From: Longimicrobiaceae bacterium | GTDB taxonomy: Bacteria; Gemmatimonadota; Gemmatimonadetes; Longimicrobiales; Longimicrobiaceae | Length of the DNA: 64,000 nt | Direction of reading: 5' to 3' | NCBI GenBank assembly: GCA_035690925.1 | Contig: DASSKB010000141.1 | Coordinates: 663-64,662 of the forward strand | Part shown: one piece after another, positions 9,366 through 17,929 of the stretch | How the letters are laid out: each line of letters opens with the position of its first letter | Position numbering within the stretch: the first letter of the stretch is position 1 | Notes under the pieces: generated by a model | Database searches by the model: none | The model's input: only the letters and a program-made list of their open reading frames with translations | Told to the model about the DNA's origin: nothing | Made by a program: the position numbers and the translations under genes

Positions 9366-10391
9366 ATGTGGAGTTCCTCCCGCGCGGCATCACTGGCAGC
9401 ACTGATCGCTACATTCCTGATGGTCGGGTGCGGCGGCGAAAGCGAATCTGCCGTGGCAGCCCCGGCTGTGCCCACGGTCGCGGTGAGCCCCTGGGACTCG
9501 ATACCGCGCGACTCGCTTTACGGCGCCACCGCTTCAGAAATTATCCGAACTGTCCCTGTGGAGCTCGAAGTCATGGGATTGGCGGAGGGGTGGGATTCGG
9601 TGAGCATCGCCGCCATTTCGGATTTCCAGCTAGGCCTGTGGGAGGACAACGCCGAAGTTGCAGCGGCAGCCGTCCGGCAAGCGCTTTCGACCGATCCAGA
9701 TCTCGTAGTGCTACTCGGCGACTATATCGCGCGCGGTTCGGACACGGAGGAGCTGAGGCGCGTGCTCGCTCCGCTCAGCGGGCGCACTACGGTCGCTGTT
9801 CTCGGCGATCGTGATATCCGCACCGACAGCCTCGAAGCGAACATCGTCCGCACGCTCCGCAGCCTGGGAATTCGGGTGCTACGCAACGAAAAGGCGTCAT
9901 TCATACGCGACGGCGACACCCTCTCGGTGGTGGGGCTCGCGGCGGACATCGCCTCGGAATCGTTTGCGGACAGAGAGTGGATACTAGCGACGTTGGCTGG
10001 CGGTGAGCGCACCCCGCTGCTGCTCTCCCACCTTCCCGGGGCTGTGGTGGGCGCGCCTGAAGGCGGGTTTCCCGGGATTCTGGCCGGCGGCACGCTATGT
10101 TCGGACGTCGAGGTACCCGGCACTCCACGCCTATCATGGCTCAACTCCGAAGTCCTACCCAACGCGCTCGTGGAGGGGCAGAATAGGCTTTACCTTCTCG
10201 AGGGGAACGCGCTCTTTGTGACCTGCGGCGTAGGGTATAGCTTCATCCCGGTCAGGCTCGGGCACCCGCCCGAAGTCGTTCTCCTCACCCTGCACCGCGC
10301 TGCCGCTCCAGCCGAGGAGGCAGAGAGCGACAGCGTGGCGAGGGATTCACTGCTAAGACAGTTCGAGCTTCAGGACACGACCGGCAACTGA
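9366..10391 (+). CDS. Calcineurin-like metallophosphoesterase, lipoprotein
   Basis: Lipobox FLMVGCGG. Metallophosphoesterase motifs ISDFQLG, LLGDYIARG, VLGDRD. Confidence 0.7.
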   Translation: MWSSSRAASLAALIATFLMVGCGGESESAVAAPAVPTVAVSPWDSIPRDSLYGATASEIIRTVPVELEVMGLAEGWDSVSIAAISDFQLGLWEDNAEVAAAAVRQALSTDPDLVVLLGDYIARGSDTEELRRVLAPLSGRTTVAVLGDRDIRTDSLEANIVRTLRSLGIRVLRNEKASFIRDGDTLSVVGLAADIASESFADREWILATLAGGERTPLLLSHLPGAVVGAPEGGFPGILAGGTLCSDVEVPGTPRLSWLNSEVLPNALVEGQNRLYLLEGNALFVTCGVGYSFIPVRLGHPPEVVLLTLHRAAAPAEEAESDSVARDSLLRQFELQDTTGN

Positions 10392-10395
10392 GGGC

Positions 10396-11964
10396 CTAGC
10401 GGAGGCTCTCTGCCTGACTTCGGGCTGGCTCGGAGCAGGCCGGCCAGGTGGTCGGTTCGCCGGTGCGACGGTTCTCCGGGAAGACGGTCCTGCGTTCGCG
10501 GGAAAGCCGCTCCGGATCTTCCGATGCAAGATAGGCGAGCATTGCGGTGAGCGTCGCGTTATTGCGAAGATCATCGAAGACCAGCTTATCGAAGCTGTCC
10601 CTGTTGGTGTGCCAGGTGTAAGTGCCGTAGTCCCAGCTCAGCGAGCTGAGGCTGAACGCCGGTGCGCCATAGCAGACGAACGACGCGTAATCGCTTCCGC
10701 CGCCACCTGGCGTACCCGGCACGATCAATTCGATGTGCTGGGTGATTTCCGTCGGGATCACCGAGAGCCAATCCGCAAAGTGCGCACCCGCTTCGGTGAG
10801 CCCCTGCATCGATATTCTTACCACCCGACCAGTGCCGTTATCCTGGTTGAACAGCGCCTGTAGTCCGCTTACCACTTCAGGGTGGTCGGCCGCGAAAGCG
10901 CGTGAGCCATTGAGCCCCTGCTCTTCCCCGCTCCAATGGCCTACGAGAATGGTTCGCTTCGGGCTGGGATAAACCTCTTTCAGGATCCGCATCGCCTCCA
11001 TCATCGTCACGGTACCGGTACCGTTGTCCGTGGCTCCCGATGCTCCGTCCCACGAGTCGAAGTGGGCAGAGAGCACCACGTATTCATTGGGCAACTCGGT
11101 GCCGCGGATCTCGCCGATCGTGTTGAAGACGGGCACCTCACCCAGGAACTCTGCGTCCACGTCCATGCGCAGCTTCGGTCCCTGTCCGTTCGCCGCGAGC
11201 CGATAGACCAGCCCGTAATCTTCGCAACCTATATCCACGGTCGGAACCTGACTGGTGCGCGCGTTGAAGATCTTGTTGACGCCCCAGCCGTTCGACCACC
11301 GAGAGGTGAGGATTCCCACCGCCCCGGCGTTCTCCAGTGCGACCGGAAGCTCACGCGAGCTTAGCCCGGTCGCATCCAGTCTCGCTTCCCATGCCTCTTC
11401 GGCCATCTCGCGGTCGCTGATCATGTCCGCGTACGTTTCCGGAGTCGCCCATTCCTCCCAGTTTTCATCCGGCCGGCAGGTCGGCTGAGGGAAGGAGCTC
11501 ATGACGAACTTGCCATCCACCTGCGGCAGCCAATCCTGGAAAGCGTCAGGGCCGGAGGTGACGGGAATGACTACCACATCACCTTCCACCGGGCCGTCTG
11601 TCCCGGGGCTCCAGGCTAGGTTTATGGCTTCGAGCGTACGTACGCGCGGCTCGATGAGGTCGACGTGCGTGATTCCGCGATCCCAGCCGGTCCACGTACC
11701 GTACTGCTCATTGCGAGCGTCAATTCCCCACTCGGTATACTTGGCAACAACCCAGTCCGCGGCAGCTTCCTGGCCCGGTGTCCCGGTGAGGCGTGGGCCG
11801 ATGGAGTCGAGAAGTGTTTGAGCAAGTGGCCTGAACTGTGATTCAACCATGCCCTCTCGCCAGATTGCCTCCAGCACCGGGTCGTCTACCGCGAACGTCT
11901 GGGCTTCCACTGCCGCCGGTGCGACCAGCACCGCCGTAAGCAGGGTCAACGCGATCGGCTTCAT
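10396..11964 (-). CDS. M28-family aminopeptidase with PA domain, secreted
   Basis: Signal peptide MKPIALTLLTAVLVAPAAVEA. M28 metal ligands SAHFDSWDGASGATDNGTGT and HWSGEEQGLNGS. Confidence 0.85.
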   Translation of the reverse strand: MKPIALTLLTAVLVAPAAVEAQTFAVDDPVLEAIWREGMVESQFRPLAQTLLDSIGPRLTGTPGQEAAADWVVAKYTEWGIDARNEQYGTWTGWDRGITHVDLIEPRVRTLEAINLAWSPGTDGPVEGDVVVIPVTSGPDAFQDWLPQVDGKFVMSSFPQPTCRPDENWEEWATPETYADMISDREMAEEAWEARLDATGLSSRELPVALENAGAVGILTSRWSNGWGVNKIFNARTSQVPTVDIGCEDYGLVYRLAANGQGPKLRMDVDAEFLGEVPVFNTIGEIRGTELPNEYVVLSAHFDSWDGASGATDNGTGTVTMMEAMRILKEVYPSPKRTILVGHWSGEEQGLNGSRAFAADHPEVVSGLQALFNQDNGTGRVVRISMQGLTEAGAHFADWLSVIPTEITQHIELIVPGTPGGGGSDYASFVCYGAPAFSLSSLSWDYGTYTWHTNRDSFDKLVFDDLRNNATLTAMLAYLASEDPERLSRERRTVFPENRRTGEPTTWPACSEPARSQAESLR

Positions 11965-12019
11965 GAACTCTCCTGGATTGTTTTGAAATCGACTCGGCGG
12001 ATGCCCGTGTGCATCGCCG

Positions 12020-12505
12020 CTACTTCCGCCCGGGATCCAGATGGATCAGCCGGGGTGACATCTGGTCGCCTTCAATGGTAGCGACCATCAGGGTTGGAAC
12101 GCTTCCGAACCTGGGCGGCCCCGCACTTCCGGGATTCACCGCCAGGACGGAGCCAACCTGCTGAACGAGAGGGCGATGGGAATGCCCGAATATAACGAAA
12201 TCTGCCTCGGGATACTCCGCCGCCAGTTTAGTCGGAGTGGGTGAGCCGAAGCGATGGCCGTGAACGACGACACCCGACATTCCATCCAGATCAACGCTCG
12301 CGACCTCACGGACGATGTTCCTAATATCCCAATCATCGGTGTTGCCTGAGACGGCGGTTACCGGTGCTATCGTTGCGAGCTCATCGAGTATATCAGCGGG
12401 CCCGACATCACCCGCATGAACAATGTGCTCGACTCCCTCGAAGTGCTCGAAGACTTCGGCGCGCAGCAGCCCGTGTGTATCGGAGATGATGCCTATGCGC
12501 ATCAA
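12020..12505 (-). CDS. YfcE/MJ0936-family metallophosphoesterase
   Basis: MRIGIISDTHG, HAGDV, GNTD, GHSH, NPGS motifs. 4-nt overlap with ubiX. Confidence 0.8.
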   Translation of the reverse strand: MMRIGIISDTHGLLRAEVFEHFEGVEHIVHAGDVGPADILDELATIAPVTAVSGNTDDWDIRNIVREVASVDLDGMSGVVVHGHRFGSPTPTKLAAEYPEADFVIFGHSHRPLVQQVGSVLAVNPGSAGPPRFGSVPTLMVATIEGDQMSPRLIHLDPGRK

Positions 12506-13104
12506 TCTTTAGTCCCGCTCTCCCACCGGTTACCGATGCTGTGTTCCACATCCACGTGGTCCAGTATCCGCGCAACCACGAAATCCACCAGATCGCCGAT
12601 GCGTTCCGGCCGGTTGTAGAACCCGGGTGAAGCTGGCAGGATGGTCGCGCCCGCGCGCGAGAGCCGCAGCAGATTCTCCAGGTGGATCGGCGAAAACGGA
12701 GTTTCGCGCGGCACCAGGAGCAACGGGCGGCGTTCCTTGAGGGTGACGTCGGCCGCCCTCTCTACCAGGCTGCGCGAGATGCCGGCCGCGATGGATGCGA
12801 GTGTCCCCATCGAGCAGGGACAGATCACCATCCCGCGCGAAGGCGCCGACCCGGATGCCGGGGTCGCACCGCGATCAGCGGACTCGAATACTTCCACGCG
12901 CGACCAATCACCCGTCGCAGCGCGTAGTTCCTCGAGGCCATTAATGCCGCACTCTTCCGCCAGGAGCCGCAGGCCGTAGCGCGAAACAATGAGTCGGGTC
13001 GCGACCTCGGCGTCGTTCAGCGCCAACAGGAGGCGAACCGCGTAGGGCGCTCCCGATGCGCCCGTTATCGCCAGCGTGAGCGGCGCGTCGCGGTTGGCGC
13101 TCAC
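12502..13104 (-). CDS. ubiX: Flavin prenyltransferase UbiX family
   Basis: LAITGASGAPYAVRLL, MVICPCSMGTLA. I place the start at GTG 13104 (GTGA overlap with the ubiA-family stop). The 356-aa track ORF is an Arg/Gly-rich artefact overlapping the upstream gene. Confidence 0.85.
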   Translation of the reverse strand: MSANRDAPLTLAITGASGAPYAVRLLLALNDAEVATRLIVSRYGLRLLAEECGINGLEELRAATGDWSRVEVFESADRGATPASGSAPSRGMVICPCSMGTLASIAAGISRSLVERAADVTLKERRPLLLVPRETPFSPIHLENLLRLSRAGATILPASPGFYNRPERIGDLVDFVVARILDHVDVEHSIGNRWESGTKD

Positions 13105-14051
13105 GATATCAACCGCTCCACAACCACTATCGCCATGAAGAGAAGCGATATGGCGCCGTTGATATTGAAGAATGCGGCGTCGATCCTGGAGAGATCGTCC
13201 GGCTTCACCAGGCTCTGCTCGTAGACCAGCATGATCGCGATCAGCGCCACGCCCGCGAAGTATAGCGGGCCGAGCTCGGGAAATAGGAATCCCACCCCGA
13301 GGAAGAGCCCCGCCGAGATGGCGTGGAGCGCGCGAGAGATACCGATCGCTCGGCGCTGCCCGAACGCCGCGGGCACCGAGTGGAGCCCCTCGGCCCGGTC
13401 GAACTCCACATCCTGGAGCGAATAGAGGATGTCGAAGCCCGCAACCCACCCGAGCACCCCGCCCGCGAGGGCAAGCAGCGCGCCAGCGGGCTCGCTCCAC
13501 CTGCCGGTCACCGCCAGATAAGCGCCCACCGGTGCTATGGCGAGGGAAAAGCCCAGCACCAGATGCGCCCACCTCGTAAAATGCTTGGTGAACGAATAGA
13601 AGAAGATCCAGGCGAGGGCGAACGGCGCAAGGTACAGGCAGAAGCGGTTCAACATCCCGGCGCTTATTATGAATATCCCGCTGGCGATAGCGACGGCCAG
13701 CGTCGCCTGACGTACTGAGAGCTTGCCGGATGGTATCTCGCGCATCCGCGTTCGCGGGTTCTTCGCATCGATGGATCGGTCCACGATCCGGTTGAAGCCC
13801 ATCGCCGCAAAGCGCGCCGAAGTGAACGCAAGCAGGATCCAGAGGAGGTCCACAGGCTCCAGCGGCGCGCGATAGGAAGCCAGCGCCGCCCCCACAACCG
13901 CGAACGGGAGCGCAAATACCGTGTGCGGAAGCTTTACCAGATTGGAATAATCGGTGAGTCGACCAGCACCGCGCAGCGTCTGGCCTTCAACTGTAGGCTG
14001 ATACATCATCATCACACTGTCGGTTTGATCACGATTTCTTTCGCCCAACAT
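13101..14051 (-). CDS. UbiA-family aromatic prenyltransferase (4-hydroxybenzoate polyprenyltransferase / MqnP-like)
   Basis: Multi-TM protein with the Asp-rich motif NRIVDRSIDAKNPRT and a second YSLQDVEFD motif. The start is either TTG 14051 or the ATG triplet at 14012-14004. Confidence 0.85.
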   Translation of the reverse strand: MLGERNRDQTDSVMMMYQPTVEGQTLRGAGRLTDYSNLVKLPHTVFALPFAVVGAALASYRAPLEPVDLLWILLAFTSARFAAMGFNRIVDRSIDAKNPRTRMREIPSGKLSVRQATLAVAIASGIFIISAGMLNRFCLYLAPFALAWIFFYSFTKHFTRWAHLVLGFSLAIAPVGAYLAVTGRWSEPAGALLALAGGVLGWVAGFDILYSLQDVEFDRAEGLHSVPAAFGQRRAIGISRALHAISAGLFLGVGFLFPELGPLYFAGVALIAIMLVYEQSLVKPDDLSRIDAAFFNINGAISLLFMAIVVVERLIS

Positions 14052-14110
14052 TTAAGATCGGGAGATCGGCTGGCCAATGTAGGTGTCGGCGGGAAATGCG
14101 CCAACAATGT

Positions 14111-14275
14111 CTACCGTTTAGACGCACCGAGTTCCGGATTCTCGCGCAAAAGAGAAATCGTAGACGAGATGACGACAAGGAAATCGTCACCGAGTCCGAC
14201 TGCCCGAGCTTCGTAGCGTTCAGAAGCCTCGAAGAGCTCGTCGCGGGCGAGATCGACAAATCGATATGCCTTCAC
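14111..14275 (-). pseudogene. Truncated ParE/RelE-family toxin (54 codons, in-frame TAG)
   Basis: Manual translation from GTG 14275 (GTGA overlap with the antitoxin stop) gives VKAYRFVDLARDELFEASERYEARAVGLGDDFLVVISSTISLLRENPELGASKR*. This is the typical N-terminal half of ParE-type toxins (A..EL.EA..YYE....GLG..F......I...P). The frame stays open for 32 more codons after the TAG, down to 14012. Confidence 0.5.
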
Positions 14276-14502
14276 CCGGACTTAAGCCGTGCCCGCGCCT
14301 CCGCGATAACTGCGTCACCGTCGAGCGCGGCGAGTGTGCCATCCCGATACGCCTCAACCCGTCGCTCAATCTCGATTGCCCAAGCGTCCTCAACCGAGAC
14401 ATCTCGATCGAGGCTGGCAATAAGGCGCTCAGTGAGCCGTGCCCTCTCATGCAACGGCAGCTCAAGCGCGGCGGATTCGATTTGTTGCGGATTCCAGATC
14501 AT
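14272..14502 (-). CDS. Addiction-module antitoxin component (ParE-partner type)
   Basis: MIWNPQQIESAALELPLHERARLTERLIASLD...EDAWAIEIERRVEAYRDGTLAA. This is the characteristic 'L..eeR..La..Ll.SL....d..W..E...R...' antitoxin pattern. Start taken at ATG 14502. Confidence 0.7.
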   Translation of the reverse strand: MIWNPQQIESAALELPLHERARLTERLIASLDRDVSVEDAWAIEIERRVEAYRDGTLAALDGDAVIAEARARLKSG

Positions 14503-14666
14503 AGTAGCTCCACTCTCGGGACGACCTGCGTGTCGAGAAGAATACAAGCGAGGCTCTCTGCATGCCAAGCCCAGGCGCCCCTAACGACCCAGCGTTCGGT
14601 TGCTTTGGGCCTTGATCTTCTGCCGGATGGGCAAATGCCGGAGCCCAAGTCAACTGCAACGCTGTG

Positions 14667-14957
14667 TTAGACGACTCGGCAGAAGACTTCCTTCTCGAGC
14701 CGTTCGCCTAAACGATCCTTTTCAGTTTCCAGGTCGAATCGTGACTGCAAGTTGAGCCAGAATCTCTCCGACGTGCCGAAATAGCGTGACAGTCTGAGCG
14801 CCGTATCCGCCGTAATACCCCGCTTGCCATGGACCACCTCGTTGATCCGCCTTGCCGGGACCGTTATGTCCTTGGCGAGCCGGTACTGGCTTAGGCCGAG
14901 GGGCTTAAGGAACTCCTCCAGCAGGACCTCACCGGGATGAATTGGGGCTAGCTTCAT
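14667..14957 (-). CDS. higA: HigA-family antitoxin / XRE HTH protein
   Basis: IHPGEVLLEEFLKPLGLSQYRLAKDITVPARRINEVVHGKRGITADTALRLSRYFGTSERFWLNLQ is the canonical HigA/VapI sequence. AGGAGG lies 6 nt upstream of the ATG. Confidence 0.85.
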   Translation of the reverse strand: MKLAPIHPGEVLLEEFLKPLGLSQYRLAKDITVPARRINEVVHGKRGITADTALRLSRYFGTSERFWLNLQSRFDLETEKDRLGERLEKEVFCRVV

Positions 14958-15061
14958 TCTGTCCTCCTGCCTAATGGTAATTACCGGCTAACCATTCGGC
15001 AGGGACGCTCATGGTTTACGTCATCTGGTTTGACGAGTTGCTGATCGTCGGATTCGGTGGA

Positions 15062-15247
15062 TTATGGTTCCTGAGAGCGCCAGCGTTCAGCCAGCGTCCT
15101 GTCGATTCCGGCGAGGCTGTTCGCAACCTTTTCATGCGCCCTCATCCAGCGCCAGAGGATGACCAACATGGCAACGACAACACCCACCACCATGAGAATG
15201 TAGACAATACCGAACAATCCGATAAAAAAGGCTCCATCATTCATCAT
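15062..15247 (-). CDS. Small single-pass membrane protein (61 aa), function unknown
   Basis: MMNDGAFFIGLFGIVYILMVVGVVVAMLVILWRW hydrophobic core followed by a charged tail. It lies 46 nt downstream of ubiD on the same strand. Confidence 0.5.
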   Translation of the reverse strand: MMNDGAFFIGLFGIVYILMVVGVVVAMLVILWRWMRAHEKVANSLAGIDRTLAERWRSQEP

Positions 15248-15292
15248 CTGACCCCCGATGGGTGAAAGACAACCGAATCCGGCAAATACCGA

Positions 15293-16777
15293 CTACTCGA
15301 TCCCCAGCTCCTCCCATATAGAATCGACTTTCCCCTTCGTCTCCTCGTCCATCTCGATAAGATCCGGCCAGCGCCTGGTAAAGCCCTCCTCCGGCCACTT
15401 CCGCGTTCCGTCAATACCCATCTTGCTACCGAACGACGGGTTCTGGGACGAATGGTCGAGGTCGTCCACTGGACCCTTGCCGAAGGTTACGTCGCGCTCA
15501 GGGTCTATGTTCCCGAGCGCGTACCACCACGCTTCCTGCGTATTCTGCACATCTATTCCCTCGTCCACCACCACGATGACCTTCGCTAGCGACATCAGGC
15601 CCATCCCCCAGAGGCCGTTCATAACCTTGTACGCGTGACCCGGATATTCCTTGCGTATCGACACGAACACCAGGTTATGGAATACCCCTTCGGGTGGCAT
15701 GTGGTAGTTCACGATCTCCGGCATAGTCAACTGCGCCAGCGGCAGGAAGATGCGTTCGGTAGCACCGCCCAGATATACATCCTCCACCGGCGGCCGTCCG
15801 ACCAGCGTCGATGGATATACTGGATCCTTCCGCATGGTGACCGTCGTTACGTGGAAGACGGGATAGTCCTCCTCGAGGGTGTAGAACCCGGTGTGATCAC
15901 CGAATGGCCCCTCCACCGCGTACGGCTCTTCCAGGTCCACGTAGCCTTCCAGGACGATCTCGGCTTCGGCCGGGATGTCCAGCTCCGCCGTGAGCGCCTT
16001 CGCGATGTACACCGGCTCACGCCTCAGAAACCCGCCGAATAGATATTCGCTTATGCCTGGGGGCAGCGGCGCCGTGGGGGTGTACATGGTGACGGGATCA
16101 CCGCCGAGCGCGACCACAACAGGCATTCGGCTCTTCCCCATCTTCTTCCACGCACGATAGTGCGCAGCGCCGCCCTTGTGGCGCTGCCAGTGCATCCCGG
16201 TAGTGGTGGGGCCATAAACCTGCATCCGATACATACCGATGTTCTGGCTGCCGGTCTCCGGATCGTTAGTGACCACCATGGGCAGGGTGATGAATGGGCC
16301 GCCATCCTGCGGCCAGGTGCGCATCACCGGGAGAAGTTTCGTCAGATCGAACTCACCCTCGCGCAGTACGATCTGCTGGCAGGGCGGCTTGCCGCGATAC
16401 GCCCGCGGGGGGACCCTGGTCAGTTCGGCCAACTTCGGCAGCATCTGCACCTTCGCCCACAAGCCTTTCGGCACGTCCGGCTTAAGCAGCTCCTGAATGC
16501 GCTGCGCGTGCTCGCGCAGATCCTCCACCCCGAGCGCCGCGGAGATCCGCTTCCACGACCCGAAGGTGTTGATGGCTACCGGTATACTCAGCTCCGTCCC
16601 GTCCGCCGCAACCGGCCGCTCGAAGAGCAGCGCGGGGCCCCCGCCCGGGAGCTTCATCGTACGATCCGCTATCTCTGACATCTCCAGGTCCAGCGATACC
16701 GGCCTGCCGATGCGGACAAGCTCCCCTTCCTGTTCGAGGTAGTCGAGAAAGGAGCCCAGGTTCTGAAATATTTGCAT
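15293..16777 (-). CDS. ubiD: UbiD-family (prenyl-FMN-dependent) decarboxylase
   Basis: Full-length UbiD pattern: VTNDPETGSQNIGMYRMQV, HWQRHKGGA, GPFGDHTGFY. Confidence 0.9.
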   Translation of the reverse strand: MQIFQNLGSFLDYLEQEGELVRIGRPVSLDLEMSEIADRTMKLPGGGPALLFERPVAADGTELSIPVAINTFGSWKRISAALGVEDLREHAQRIQELLKPDVPKGLWAKVQMLPKLAELTRVPPRAYRGKPPCQQIVLREGEFDLTKLLPVMRTWPQDGGPFITLPMVVTNDPETGSQNIGMYRMQVYGPTTTGMHWQRHKGGAAHYRAWKKMGKSRMPVVVALGGDPVTMYTPTAPLPPGISEYLFGGFLRREPVYIAKALTAELDIPAEAEIVLEGYVDLEEPYAVEGPFGDHTGFYTLEEDYPVFHVTTVTMRKDPVYPSTLVGRPPVEDVYLGGATERIFLPLAQLTMPEIVNYHMPPEGVFHNLVFVSIRKEYPGHAYKVMNGLWGMGLMSLAKVIVVVDEGIDVQNTQEAWWYALGNIDPERDVTFGKGPVDDLDHSSQNPSFGSKMGIDGTRKWPEEGFTRRWPDLIEMDEETKGKVDSIWEELGIE

Positions 16778-16794
16778 AAAGACTCAGCCGCCAA

Positions 16795-17067
16795 TCAATT
16801 CGTCAGAATACTTGTGACAACGAGAATGACCCCATACGACAGATACGCTACCCCACCCAGCGTCAACATGCGCCGAGCCAGGCGGATCTGGTGAAGCCCG
16901 ACCTCGTCGAAGTGCCCCTCGGGCTTCCAGAGCGCGCGTAGCGATACCGGTGCTCCCTCGCGCGCGTGGCGCGACCACGCCAGGATCTGGAGGAGCGCCG
17001 ACACAACGCAGCAGATAACGAACGAGAGGAGCAGCGCCGTTGAGATGATGCCGAGTGCGGTACTCAT
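16795..17067 (-). CDS. Small two-TM membrane protein (90 aa), function unknown
   Basis: ATG 17067 forms an ATGA overlap with the ubiE stop. Hydrophobic segments are GIISTALLLSFVICCVVSALLQIL and LGGVAYLSYGVILVVTSIL. Confidence 0.5.
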   Translation of the reverse strand: MSTALGIISTALLLSFVICCVVSALLQILAWSRHAREGAPVSLRALWKPEGHFDEVGLHQIRLARRMLTLGGVAYLSYGVILVVTSILTN

Positions 17068-17801
17068 GTCCTGGTGCCCCAGTGGAGTGCCACTATACCA
17101 CCCGTCATCCGCTTCCACTCGACCGCCCTGAAACCCGCAGCAATCATCCGCTCTGCGAGCTCGGGCGGTTCAGGGAATCGGAGGACGGATTCGGGAAGGT
17201 ACGAATATGCCGAGCCGTGCTTCGATATCAAACGGCCCACGCGTGGCAGGACGTGCAGGAAATAGTTGAGGTACATCGCCCTGAACGGCTGCCAGCCGGG
17301 TGTGGTGAACTCCAGTATCACCAGCCGCGCGCCTGGCCTGAGCACGCGCGCCATCTCGCGTAAGCCGCCGTCCAGATTCGCCAGATTGCGCACGCCGAAC
17401 CCCACAGTCGCCCCGTCGAACGCGCTGTCGGGATACGGGAGCGCAAGGGCATCGGCGCAGACCGGAGAAACCGGGCGGTTACCTATCTTGCCCAGACCGC
17501 CGCGCAGCATGGGGAAGGTAAAATCGCTCCCCACCACCCGACCTCTGAACCCGTCGCCCATACTAATCTGGAGCGCGAGGTCCAGCGTGCCGGCGCAGTT
17601 GTCGAGATAGAGACCTGCGGGAGCGGCCTTCCACCCCAGCCGCTTCACCGCCGCACGCCGCCAGAGCCGGTCGACATTGAGCGAGAGCAGGTGGTTCAGG
17701 AGGTCGTAACGCGGCGCGATGGACGAGAACATCCGCCGGACTTCCGCGGCCTTCACATCGTCTGCGGGGAGCGCAGAGGCTCGGGATCTATTCGGCGACA
17801 T
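17064..17801 (-). CDS. ubiE: Demethylmenaquinone/ubiquinone C-methyltransferase UbiE/MenG
   Basis: Signature VRRMFSSIAPRYDLLNHLLSL, followed by a SAM-binding fold. Start taken at ATG 17801; the 294-aa track ORF has an unlikely N-terminal extension. Confidence 0.9.
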   Translation of the reverse strand: MSPNRSRASALPADDVKAAEVRRMFSSIAPRYDLLNHLLSLNVDRLWRRAAVKRLGWKAAPAGLYLDNCAGTLDLALQISMGDGFRGRVVGSDFTFPMLRGGLGKIGNRPVSPVCADALALPYPDSAFDGATVGFGVRNLANLDGGLREMARVLRPGARLVILEFTTPGWQPFRAMYLNYFLHVLPRVGRLISKHGSAYSYLPESVLRFPEPPELAERMIAAGFRAVEWKRMTGGIVALHWGTRT

Positions 17802-17891
17802 CGCGCGAGTGAGCGGGGTACAGTAGAATTGAAGGGAAAAGGTATCCCCGGCCGCCACCCGGGGCAAGCTGTCACGCGGCTCGATGCTGGC

Positions 17892-17918
17892 TGAAACCTT
17901 TGGCGTCAACCTGCCGTA
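17892..17918 (+). promoter_or_regulatory. Candidate ECF-type promoter TGAAAC-N17-CGTA upstream of the ECF sigma gene
   Basis: tgaaac at 17892-17897 and cgta at 17915-17918, 12 nt before ATG 17930. It resembles ECF autoregulatory promoters (GAAC -35, CGT -10). This is a pattern match only. Confidence 0.3.
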
Positions 17919-17929
17919 GAGTAGGTTGC

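Noticed and set aside
11965-12019. Possible terminator hairpin ggcggatgc...gcatcgccgc after the phosphoesterase gene, next to the peptidase start.
   Set aside because: The stem is imperfect and has no T-tract in the correct orientation, so it cannot be supported by eye.
13105-13572. N-terminal 156-aa extension of the ubiX ORF (the track gives 12502-13572).
   Set aside because: The extension is low-complexity (RGRGA-rich) and lies entirely inside the ubiA-family gene. A GTG at 13104 gives a 200-aa UbiX of normal length with a GTGA stop/start overlap.
14958-15061. Possible HigB relic upstream of higA: a 13-codon ORF MSVPAEWLAGNYH*, and a neighbouring frame reading ...VNHERPCRM, vaguely like the HigB ...NDQWRICF... 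motif.
   Set aside because: It is too short and too degenerate to call a pseudogene. It is mentioned under the orphan-HigA finding only as a hint.
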